From an uncultured virus (IMG/VR IMGVR_UViG_2822699256_000006) (Duplodnaviria > Heunggongvirae > Uroviricota > Caudoviricetes), in the IMG/VR virus record IMGVR_UViG_2822699256_000006: DNA of 44,279 bases; one strand, given 5' to 3'. The position numbers and the translations under genes were made by a program. Shown in pieces: positions 20,601 through 28,045 of this stretch; the stretch's first letter is position 1; every line of letters begins with the position of its first letter. The notes under the pieces are model-generated. The model saw only the letters and a program-made list of their open reading frames with translations, did no database searches and was not told the DNA's origin.

Positions 20601-21083
20601 TTGGTAATGCCATCTAAATAGTGGCCAGTCAAACATTTCATCATATGTTCTATCCTCATCATCTGCGATATATGAATAAGGCTCAAATGAATATAGTTGT
20701 AATTGAGCTTGTAAAGTCTGCGGAAAACCTGGTGTTGTTTGTACTGTCACGCCAGATACAGTAACAGCATCGACTTTATGAATATCATTTAAGTAAGTGT
20801 TCTCTATCGGTAAAAATGGACACTTTTTTATTTGAGATAATAATGGTCTAAGTTCTTCATTCATATTATCTTTATCAGGGAAAAACAGAGTGATTTCTAT
20901 CACTCTGTCAAAATACCCTGACTCTTTAGGTAAGCTATTTCTAGCACGTAGAATCTTTACACGTTCATTTTTCATTTGACGATGTATACTAATTGCGGTA
21001 GGTGGTACAAAGAATGCTGTATCTCCTATACGCAAATGATGTTCAAGTAACCCTCCATAAGGAGTTCTTGGCGCAACTGGCAT
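14664..21083 (-). CDS. Giant baseplate hub/tail-associated lysin: tube-like domains + degenerate SLT + gp27-like hub + lysozyme-like + M15-type peptidase
   Basis: Hub motifs RIHFRMGYGS...NGTI and GYLTVMGDPSVKPFD; lysozyme-like MQESGG...DVMQSSES...QSYNFG..F; C-terminal ITSGWR...H..G.A.D...HLH. Confidence 0.8.
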   Translation of the reverse strand: MPVAPRTPYGGLLEHHLRIGDTAFFVPPTAISIHRQMKNERVKILRARNSLPKESGYFDRVIEITLFFPDKDNMNEELRPLLSQIKKCPFLPIENTYLNDIHKVDAVTVSGVTVQTTPGFPQTLQAQLQLYSFEPYSYIADDEDRTYDEMFDWPLFRWHYQRNLNPQNAKSFRTYYEPLYKELDHNFKFRIAAEDDLVYMKKWSTDKKKMLKKYVEGKKEDFWGAEELEKQFNKDLDATYEKAMFEYDVGYEEWDIPNLTLTDLSVGFENTITSVQLQHDESPTHQYMGSQDTIIMARFTTHDMESIASLESLIRRSSYLIRTYHKQMANGFLEFDSQLARLFGIKNVTIEDMQTNTVQGMPGAFEVTLTMIAYNRAERKMNEVKWLSETAKWDINQYENQGALSLLTSLNPATMFEDGIGDNPLNRWAQFIGDRPALKEAWTGLKSFLGGSNIQADAVKQAVYEEGIRKFFAAAEVYPDLELPTYGEVEEAGFKVENYNNGVFVDPDFFIKYKKGTLFFEDLVNAAQQNYQTVLRDGKGGEASINGGNIENINDITSEELKNSRKDYEDAVGKNKVSYSAIPEELIDKNNLSVAQAEALIREKSQQFNINQNLTVAFAKALDSELKQFYDVGTNTKQDKVVNSKTSSPTMMNKNFKYYVNNDGSIDGEYIGIMKVRKMYGSNVNLLGKNIEYNVEQGVRKMSQYYTELTQMLAKSNTSDKKVYHEENVYSCFGLNANNNWDQQKARFAGVVMLYLGYDREYVDLLKDNKQPPREVIDIINKVLNSSSNNQEWSNQTIKEKTKGLPVKDFKTTGPNAKRPEQNMKESDFTDDNRIHTGMLHDMVKYDMRGRLVRAFPTFFLTFIDEGKYMGTVKMSDQFFNYQAVMDITYTNSRKEASSTLAIEMCNIYGTLDDAEKDMDLTNTGMGEVFKMLTMPGAVAKEAERSRHRNANYYKSIMLRTGTRIHFRMGYGSNPMSMPTIMNGTITSIQNNGISLTVIAQDDGIELTNKIRADVNETTDGGFLFSKQEPTEIVDELLTDSKGFFANLWAGLSNDEFQEHSLGIMHFGHQQAPQGWGELGGFFGGAAVGASGGFLIGGPIGAAIGGVAGGFIGGATFGKDSRTVGEINMNIYQTTGLTNEEHDGWWNKVKDAFGIGQADEPGINIGLFDKTVWDVLNICAAVGDDHIVAVHPFGFRNTIFSGKPYFPLHYDYVVDGEEVKGTALKPFRQFHVYDSATSIIDNSIETTEDNMYTVAVGVYMNEGEMDTTSPVFVDTNIWPEKQRVVNIDTTMNAQGVRMIQNIPLIGGLLNKLPKWYYDEGVAVKITAAGLRDYVKDMYDGYLTVMGDPSVKPFDQMWINDEFNSMAGPAEVKEVTQIMNHEQGYVTLIKPDVVVVNTDRRAMTLLASAQALAGSALITHTLRKKLRTSKYAGHLPIMNALWSSTKNRFDKMKERFNTSKLGQKFQDKVTGGKAPNGKEIAAADELRKGGISSKDIARWSKNGLLEQLAKLTGEEGTNNLKNIFQNSKEFGYNSFKNVKMKAKGSTLIAKGSKSIGKVLKGGRGVVTALWTGAHIMAGPVGWLGLAIEALGVHIISSTIGEFIERWLFMRQACLISPLHKSGLEYTAGINGHKGSVVGDAPDIWKRLMTNDVSAFILGFIGVDAWQFRNDDIEDQMGMKSDGPTEQPIDLNKMASSFYNAFRKQIPTLEKIAELYDKDRKAALEQINKRLELLGKRETKAAYEEEKTTWEDWKNKIKNKITGWFKDLWDKVTSFFGNKDDGTCVPEGDVPTDGKAKGLSKYFDVIGPKIEAEAKAQGIGSYAEILKSLTMQESGGNYHKLPDVMQSSESMGKPIGYIKDVNASIKQGVTHFKNQLARAKGDIKLVLQSYNFGGGFIDYCMSRGGKYTYELAYSFSESMVKKVGRISRIPPGYGDSKYVERVLRYYDGNLPAGACKGGGAVGEGSGGASSCPVATGREGKSKYHIGSGGAPDLIDLHGLAGRNFGLTIVGGGGTSKVRKGTAELLIEVAKLYKAATGDSFNITSGWRPGDNQWHGTGWAADLDTPNTMRVINGKMRFPNGTDKEKARKLVECCLKAGFRGLVFGDWDIIQEMNGKYGDGAMQYDPKGHWNHLHCSYPLCRK

Positions 21084-21094
21084 AATCGTTCCTC

Positions 21095-24000
21095 CTAAAC
21101 ATTTTGTTGTACTTTATCTCTATACCAAATACGGTTTAAATTTTGCGTATTATCTTTATGATTCACTGTGATTCGTGTTGGTCCAGCGCTCATGCCTGTA
21201 TCCCTCATGCCTTGCGCAACCATATGGGACATTTGCTCTTTGTCCATATTACTTCCTGATGCTTGGATACTAATAGATGCATTTTGACTTGAATAACTGT
21301 CATTTGGCATTGATATTGCTGGTACAGGCTCCTGTTTTCTTGATCCAGATTCTTTAGATTTCGAATCCTTGTAATGCATTACAGGTTTTTCGCTACTAAG
21401 AATATTGTACGATGTTATGCCACCTAGAGCAAGTGCGCCGCCCATGAACATTGCCTTCTTAGGACTCATATTTTTCACTTTATCAAGTAAGCCACTAACC
21501 TTCTCTGAAGCTTGTGTTACAGCACCAGAAACTCCTTCACTTGCCACATTTCGCACCTTGCTGACAAAAGATTTACTACTCTCATTTCTTTGCTGCATTG
21601 GAGTTCGATGTAACTCCGAAACATCTGTCATACCTGCTTGTGCACTATCTGGTAGCTCTATATTTTGATGTTTATAAAACATACCAAGTCCAGAATTAGA
21701 AGTAATCAATTCATCTGATGCTACATTACCATGCATAATATCTAAAAGTTTTTGGATACCCATATCAGAAGATAAACCCGTACTAGTACCAAACTTAAAT
21801 CCATCTGATTTCAGCCCTTTTCTTAGGTTACTTAATGCCATTGGAAGCTCTTCTGCTACTTCATTCAAGAAGAAATTCTTAGCAAACATTCCAACACTTT
21901 CTCCGTCTTTTCTAAAGAATTTGTAATCAATGTCTTTCGCTAAATCCCAATTGTTATTATAAATTGCATCTATCATTTCAAGTCCAGCTGGTTTTGCACC
22001 GTGCTTTGCATCGATTAGCTTTTGCTCTAGACCACGACCAAATTCTTTTATCTTTTCATTAATAGGTGCATTATGACTAAACTCTTGATCTGCAACCTGT
22101 CGGAGGAATAAGTTTAAGTTAGATGCTCGTCCGATTGTCATCTTACCAATCTTTGAAGCTGTTTCTTCAGATGTATTAACAAGAGGCTTTCCGATGTGTC
22201 CTGTGCCATCATCAGCTACACTTTGTAAGCTCGGGCCACTATATGCCCTTTCTTTTAGTGGGCGACTAATACGCTTCTCTTCTAATACTCCTCGCTTGTC
22301 TTCTTTTTCTTTGTGTTCTAACCATCTTCTATCAAATTCATCTCTCACACGGTCATGAGCTTGTGCCCACTCTTTTTGTACATCATTATCTTGTATAACT
22401 GCTATATGTGCATAGTCACCGTCCGAGTCAGCATTCTGAAGCATAGAAGAAAATGAAGTAGTATGAATTTCACCAGGCTTTACATCATCACTCATCATTA
22501 ATTTTGTAAACTGCATAGCTCCATCATGGAAAGTTGGATATCGTACATTTGCTGTATATAAGTGTTTTCCGTTTTCTAATTGACTATCCAATCCCATTTT
22601 TTGAGCCATGTCTCTTGAGATTACAGTGTATTGACCTTTTCCATAGGTGTCTTGTAATTTCAATGTTGTATTTAAATCCATTAATTTAAACAAACCTGAT
22701 GCAGATGTGCTCATATTCGCTTTATAGACACCATCAAATAACATACCTTTGGAGGAAGTTAACTCTTTAAAAGAATGATCTACATATCGACTTACGGCTC
22801 CTTGTAACTGACTGTGAAATTGTTTTGCTTCTTCTATTGATGTAGCTTTTGTAACAGCATCTGCTTTTTTATAAATATTTGCGATATGATTTTGTAATTC
22901 TCGTAAATGCACATTACCATTCGTAGCATCTAAATTTGTAAATGGAATGAATATCTTATCAATCTCTTTGGGTGTATTTTTGCCATTAATATTAATAGTG
23001 ACTTTTTGGTCTTGACCATCATTACGTTTAACAGAAGGAAGCTCTAACCAATATCCATGTTTGTTTTTTAATTCTGGATTCCCATATCTTTCAGCTAAGC
23101 TTTCTACTTTATTTTGGCTAAATATCGTACCTCCATATAAAGCTTTGTCTTTGTATTGTTCTGGTAAAGAGTCGAATTCATTTGCTGATATCCCTTTAAA
23201 AGATAACTGATCTTCTTTTCCAAGTTGTTTTAAAGAATGAATTAAATTTTGAGATTCAGTTAATTTACCTTCATTCTTCATCATCTCTTGATAGACATGT
23301 TCAAATGTTTTTTCCATCCCTCGACCTTTTAAAACGCCCATTTCTCGATGGCCCCACTTAACACCATCATATGAACCGTGAATCGGCTGGTTATGTTCAT
23401 CAAATCCTAATACCACCCTGCCGGAAGAATCTGCAGCTTTGCTGTAGTTCTCTACTTTTGACATGATTCCCTCTAAGATGCCAACTCGAACACCTTCACG
23501 ATTATGTAATCCATATCGATTATCCTGCATGCTAGTTACATTTTTTACGCTAAATCCTTTTGCTTGTAAATCTGAAAATACCTTCTCAAAGGCATTTGTT
23601 TCTATTTTTGAATTTGAGCTATTATCAATAAAGGCATTAATTTGGTCATCCCAAGTAAGGCCAATATTTCCACTCTCAATAATATTAATTGCACTTTTTC
23701 TTTGGTTATTTTTCTTCATGCCGCCAACATAATCGGATAATATTCGTGCTTCTCCTGACATCAACATACCAAAGTCTTTATGTTTTGCAACATCTGGATT
23801 AATAATTGCTACAATATCTTTAGCTCCTGTTACAGCTTCAATAAGTCTTCTATCCGCATTTGTATCTGTCATTTTCTCCCCAGACAACATGAGCTTAAAT
23901 GCGTTTGTTTTATGCTGAAGAATAATATCTTTATCACCTTGAATTCCATCAACAATCCTAGCATCATGAGTCCCTTCATAACGAAGAGCTTCTCGATATC

Positions 24001-27000
24001 CATTATCATGTATGCGATAACCTAATGTATCTCCTGGCTTTACAATTTGATTTAACTCAGCCTTTTGAAAGTTAGTATGCCATTCAAATTGCTTTCCTTT
24101 TTCAAAGCGCTTCTCTCCATTTACCTTTAATACTTCTGCAACATCTTCAGCTAATATTCCTTGCTGCTCATACAAGCGTGGAAGTTTTAAGTAGTTAATT
24201 GTGCCATCTGGGTTTATATAACCAAGCTCTTTTAACAGCTTATTTCCTTGCTTATTTTCAAACATTTCCTGAATACGACCCATGAAATCCTCTTGCGTCA
24301 TGTATGCAGTTTTCATATTGATGCTTACCTTATTTGTGTTATTTAGATTGTACTCATATTCTCTTTGTCTTGGAGTTAGTAAAAGCCTCCTACGATCTAC
24401 ACCTTCATATTTCCCCGATGCAAGATGCCCTTCCAATTCTTCATCAATTAAATGAGCGTTCATTGCTTGTACAGAGTTACCACGACCATGATTGAAAAAG
24501 TGACCATATGGTGTTACTTCACGGATATCTTGTAAAGATAATATCCCTTTTTCTACATGTGAATCTTTTAATCCAGAAGTATATAAATTTACTCCAAGTT
24601 TTTCTTGTGACCATTGTGGCATAAGTTGTAACATTTCATAAGTTTTCGCCATTTTAATATCATCAAAGGATACGCCTGAGCGAAGAATCTTTTCCCCTCT
24701 GGCATTTGTAGTAAATACATCTTCATAGAAATCACTATCATTTAATTTTATTAGATTCTTGCCATTTTGATATCCATTATGATAAAGGTCTTCAATCATA
24801 GCATTTGCCATTTTTACGTGTGATTGCTTTAAGTTATCTGATTGATTATTTGCAAAAACGTATGTATCATTTGCACCTAAGTCCATGCTTCTTGAGATAC
24901 CTGACATGCTTTCAGTTTCATTTCTCAGGGTTCGCTTAGCTCTTTTATTAGCTTCTTCGTAATTACCATCGTTAGCCGCATCCATAATATGAGCCATTTT
25001 TTTAGCATAGCCTTGAGCAATTTTTTCAGCACTAGATATCATTTTGACATTCTTTCCATCCAATACTGCATAACTATGAGCATTTAATGTTAAGCCATCT
25101 ATTTTGTGGGTTCCGTTGTCACTAATCAATGGCATTGTAAGTTCTAGCGCATTTGTCGGTTTAACCCCACGATGCAATTGATTTTGTACGCTTGTACCAT
25201 GTGTATTATCATATACAAACAGTTTCATTACCTCATTTGGATCCATAGCCATAGTAATACCCTTAGTTGGGTCATTCTTTTTTATGCTAGAAATAATCGT
25301 TTCTAAAGCTTGCAAGTTATTTGGGCGCAACCTAGAAAATCGCTCTCTATCAAGTATTTCTATAGATTTGGCCAGCTGCTCGCTTAATTCTAATTTCTTC
25401 CCCTTTATGGCCTTATCATGAAATGTTAGGACTACATTTTCAGTATCCTGAATTGCTTGCTTAATAATTTCATTATTTTCTAATAAACTAAGCTTCTTTA
25501 TATTTTCATTTCCGTTCATTGAGGGAACTGTCATTTCTTGTTCGTATTTTCCATAGTTGCTTTTACGCATATCTATTGCTATTTCACCGGCAGTTGCCCA
25601 TGGTGAACCAGAACCTGTAATTAATCTTCTGTAAGTATTGCTTTGATTTGTATCTATTTTACCTTGAGACTCCAGATTGTTTACTAAGTTAACTAACCGC
25701 TCTTTAATTAAGGCTTGTCTATTATCGCCTTCTCCTACTCCCCTTTTAGCATAGCCATAAATGTTGCTACGTGCAGAATCGACAGTTTCAAAATTTATAG
25801 AACGGTTATCACTTACTTCTGCATCATAAAACGATAGTTTATGCATCTCAAAATCTTTTAGTTTTCTAGTTTCTTCTGGTGAACCTACTCTATCAGAAAT
25901 CAGTTGTTGATACGTCATTAACGCCCGATCTCGTTTTTGATTTATCCCTTTTAAGGCAGCTTGCCTGTCTCTCATGTTTGTCTTATTCGCTGCACGCTGT
26001 ATATCAGAAGCAAATGCTTCATCGATTTTTTGTACAGTTTCATCTAAGTATGGCATTTCATCTATTAATCTCTTATACATTTTAAAGAAAGCATCTTTTT
26101 CAGACTCATTGAATACATATTTCTTTTTTTCGTCATCCCATAAGCTATAAAAATCCATTTTATTTATAAGGTTATCTGTTGTAATAGTTCTTGATAATTC
26201 TTTTTTAGCTTGATTTCTGCTATACCCCTGCTTCACTAATGCTTCTATTTTTTCAGAACGATTCTTACCTGCTCCTTCTAAATACTCTTGCATGATCTTT
26301 GCATTTTCAAGCATTCGCTTTAATCCAGAAAAGCCCTTCGTTCCTCTTTCTGATATTTCACCATTAATAATATTCAAGCCTTTACCTGCTCCATCTAAAC
26401 TGAAAAAGCTATCGTATTTTCTACGAGCACGATCAGACATAATATGATGTTTGATTTCCCGCTGTTGTTCAGCATTAATATTATCCCAAGCATAAAATCG
26501 ACTTTGAACAAAATCTTGGAGTTCAGAAAAAGCATTTTCTCCTTTTCTTACAACATAGGAATATTCATTTTTTTCTGGTTCAAAGAATCGGAAGGCTAAT
26601 TTTTTCTCATTCTCATCACTCATATCGTGCACACCTGCAAATTGATAGAAGGATTTCGAATTGATTACAGTCTTATTAAATCCACTTGATTTACTAACTA
26701 CATTTCCTTCTTCATCAAACTTAACTTTAAATGATTCATCACCATCTCGGTAAGCTTGCACACCGCCTGATGTAAATAGAATCTGTCCGTTTCTTAGCTC
26801 CGCATCATTCCATGTCATTCTAGTCTCATGGAATTTAAATCCTTGACCTGATAAAGAATGAGCAGATTCAAATTCATTAAGAATATGGTTTCTAGATTTG
26901 GCAATTAATTCAGCAGTAGAATCTGTATCAACTGTGGCGTTATGCGCTGAATCCTGCGAATCGCTTCCCAACACATGTCGATAGGCTGCTAATTTGTCTT

Positions 27001-28039
27001 TTCCATATGGGTTTGATTCAGGATTATATTCTGGATTCATTTGTTTTTTTAAATCATTTGAATCCATGTAAGCTGTACGAATTACATTAAGATAATCTAA
27101 ATGCTTAACGTCTTTTGGTATTTCTAAATTTAACTTTTGTGCATATGCTCTCATAACTGGCATATCAAACGTATTACCGTTGTAACTAACAAAATATTTT
27201 TCCTTATTATCATTCATTATTTTTATGATTGCTTGCATTGCTTCTTTAGGAGAATGACCTACTTTAGTCATATTAGTTAATCCGCTTTCCATATAAGGCA
27301 TATACTGATCCATATACTTTACAACTTTAGCATGGTCAACTTGGTCTTTATAATCAAATACGGATGTGATTATAGAATGGTGCTTAATTTCTCCGTTTGC
27401 ATATGAAAACGGAATATCATCTCCCGTTGCATAAGAAGAATAGCGCATTAAATCCACTAGCGAACGCTTTTCCCACTCGCTTAAAGAGTTATAGATATAT
27501 TTATCATGCTTCATTCCCTTTATCTTATCCTGAAGGTAATCTATTACATCATTATTTTGATGGACAATACCGTTGAATCCAGTCCCTTTTATAAGATTTC
27601 CGTTTTTATCATATTCATTGAGAGAAATCTCAGATATACCATAAGGCTTTATACGATCTTGACTATCACCATACGTTTCAATATCAAACACATAATGATT
27701 AGATGTTTTTGCAAAATTTCGGAATTGCTCTAAGTTTTCTTGTCCTCTACTTAATGATGTAGCATGAAAAAGTTTCATAACCCTTTGCCCATCATATATT
27801 ACGGGCTCTTTCTTGCGGATTAACTCTTCTATCTCTTCTTTCATTGAACCCTTATCACGGTTTAATACAGCAATATGATTTGCTATCCTTTTTTCATAAT
27901 CACGATCAACTTTATGAGATGAATATAATGCACTACTTGTAGCAACAATTTTAAAATCTTTTTGTTTCGGGAGAGCAACACTTGCCCTTAAATCTGCGGG
28001 GAAGCTTGCATCAAATTGATTCATATCCATAAAAAACAC
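21095..28039 (-). CDS. Candidate virion single-chain two-barrel RNA polymerase with N-terminal DEDDh exonuclease, at the tape-measure locus
   Basis: DEDDh: FDIET, YNGNTFD, HNATVD. RNAP-like: FKLMLSGEK, IINPD, DGVKWGHREM, SSKG, RYPTFH, NADSDGD. Hydrophobic helix near the C-terminus. True start may be ATG 28030. Confidence 0.75.
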   Translation of the reverse strand: MFFMDMNQFDASFPADLRASVALPKQKDFKIVATSSALYSSHKVDRDYEKRIANHIAVLNRDKGSMKEEIEELIRKKEPVIYDGQRVMKLFHATSLSRGQENLEQFRNFAKTSNHYVFDIETYGDSQDRIKPYGISEISLNEYDKNGNLIKGTGFNGIVHQNNDVIDYLQDKIKGMKHDKYIYNSLSEWEKRSLVDLMRYSSYATGDDIPFSYANGEIKHHSIITSVFDYKDQVDHAKVVKYMDQYMPYMESGLTNMTKVGHSPKEAMQAIIKIMNDNKEKYFVSYNGNTFDMPVMRAYAQKLNLEIPKDVKHLDYLNVIRTAYMDSNDLKKQMNPEYNPESNPYGKDKLAAYRHVLGSDSQDSAHNATVDTDSTAELIAKSRNHILNEFESAHSLSGQGFKFHETRMTWNDAELRNGQILFTSGGVQAYRDGDESFKVKFDEEGNVVSKSSGFNKTVINSKSFYQFAGVHDMSDENEKKLAFRFFEPEKNEYSYVVRKGENAFSELQDFVQSRFYAWDNINAEQQREIKHHIMSDRARRKYDSFFSLDGAGKGLNIINGEISERGTKGFSGLKRMLENAKIMQEYLEGAGKNRSEKIEALVKQGYSRNQAKKELSRTITTDNLINKMDFYSLWDDEKKKYVFNESEKDAFFKMYKRLIDEMPYLDETVQKIDEAFASDIQRAANKTNMRDRQAALKGINQKRDRALMTYQQLISDRVGSPEETRKLKDFEMHKLSFYDAEVSDNRSINFETVDSARSNIYGYAKRGVGEGDNRQALIKERLVNLVNNLESQGKIDTNQSNTYRRLITGSGSPWATAGEIAIDMRKSNYGKYEQEMTVPSMNGNENIKKLSLLENNEIIKQAIQDTENVVLTFHDKAIKGKKLELSEQLAKSIEILDRERFSRLRPNNLQALETIISSIKKNDPTKGITMAMDPNEVMKLFVYDNTHGTSVQNQLHRGVKPTNALELTMPLISDNGTHKIDGLTLNAHSYAVLDGKNVKMISSAEKIAQGYAKKMAHIMDAANDGNYEEANKRAKRTLRNETESMSGISRSMDLGANDTYVFANNQSDNLKQSHVKMANAMIEDLYHNGYQNGKNLIKLNDSDFYEDVFTTNARGEKILRSGVSFDDIKMAKTYEMLQLMPQWSQEKLGVNLYTSGLKDSHVEKGILSLQDIREVTPYGHFFNHGRGNSVQAMNAHLIDEELEGHLASGKYEGVDRRRLLLTPRQREYEYNLNNTNKVSINMKTAYMTQEDFMGRIQEMFENKQGNKLLKELGYINPDGTINYLKLPRLYEQQGILAEDVAEVLKVNGEKRFEKGKQFEWHTNFQKAELNQIVKPGDTLGYRIHDNGYREALRYEGTHDARIVDGIQGDKDIILQHKTNAFKLMLSGEKMTDTNADRRLIEAVTGAKDIVAIINPDVAKHKDFGMLMSGEARILSDYVGGMKKNNQRKSAINIIESGNIGLTWDDQINAFIDNSSNSKIETNAFEKVFSDLQAKGFSVKNVTSMQDNRYGLHNREGVRVGILEGIMSKVENYSKAADSSGRVVLGFDEHNQPIHGSYDGVKWGHREMGVLKGRGMEKTFEHVYQEMMKNEGKLTESQNLIHSLKQLGKEDQLSFKGISANEFDSLPEQYKDKALYGGTIFSQNKVESLAERYGNPELKNKHGYWLELPSVKRNDGQDQKVTININGKNTPKEIDKIFIPFTNLDATNGNVHLRELQNHIANIYKKADAVTKATSIEEAKQFHSQLQGAVSRYVDHSFKELTSSKGMLFDGVYKANMSTSASGLFKLMDLNTTLKLQDTYGKGQYTVISRDMAQKMGLDSQLENGKHLYTANVRYPTFHDGAMQFTKLMMSDDVKPGEIHTTSFSSMLQNADSDGDYAHIAVIQDNDVQKEWAQAHDRVRDEFDRRWLEHKEKEDKRGVLEEKRISRPLKERAYSGPSLQSVADDGTGHIGKPLVNTSEETASKIGKMTIGRASNLNLFLRQVADQEFSHNAPINEKIKEFGRGLEQKLIDAKHGAKPAGLEMIDAIYNNNWDLAKDIDYKFFRKDGESVGMFAKNFFLNEVAEELPMALSNLRKGLKSDGFKFGTSTGLSSDMGIQKLLDIMHGNVASDELITSNSGLGMFYKHQNIELPDSAQAGMTDVSELHRTPMQQRNESSKSFVSKVRNVASEGVSGAVTQASEKVSGLLDKVKNMSPKKAMFMGGALALGGITSYNILSSEKPVMHYKDSKSKESGSRKQEPVPAISMPNDSYSSQNASISIQASGSNMDKEQMSHMVAQGMRDTGMSAGPTRITVNHKDNTQNLNRIWYRDKVQQNV

Positions 28040-28045
28040 ATCCTT

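Noticed and set aside
21095..28039. Calling the 2314-aa protein a DNA polymerase III alpha/PolC because of its exonuclease domain
   Set aside because: No PHP or PolC polymerase motifs recognised; the downstream motifs match two-barrel RNA polymerases instead.
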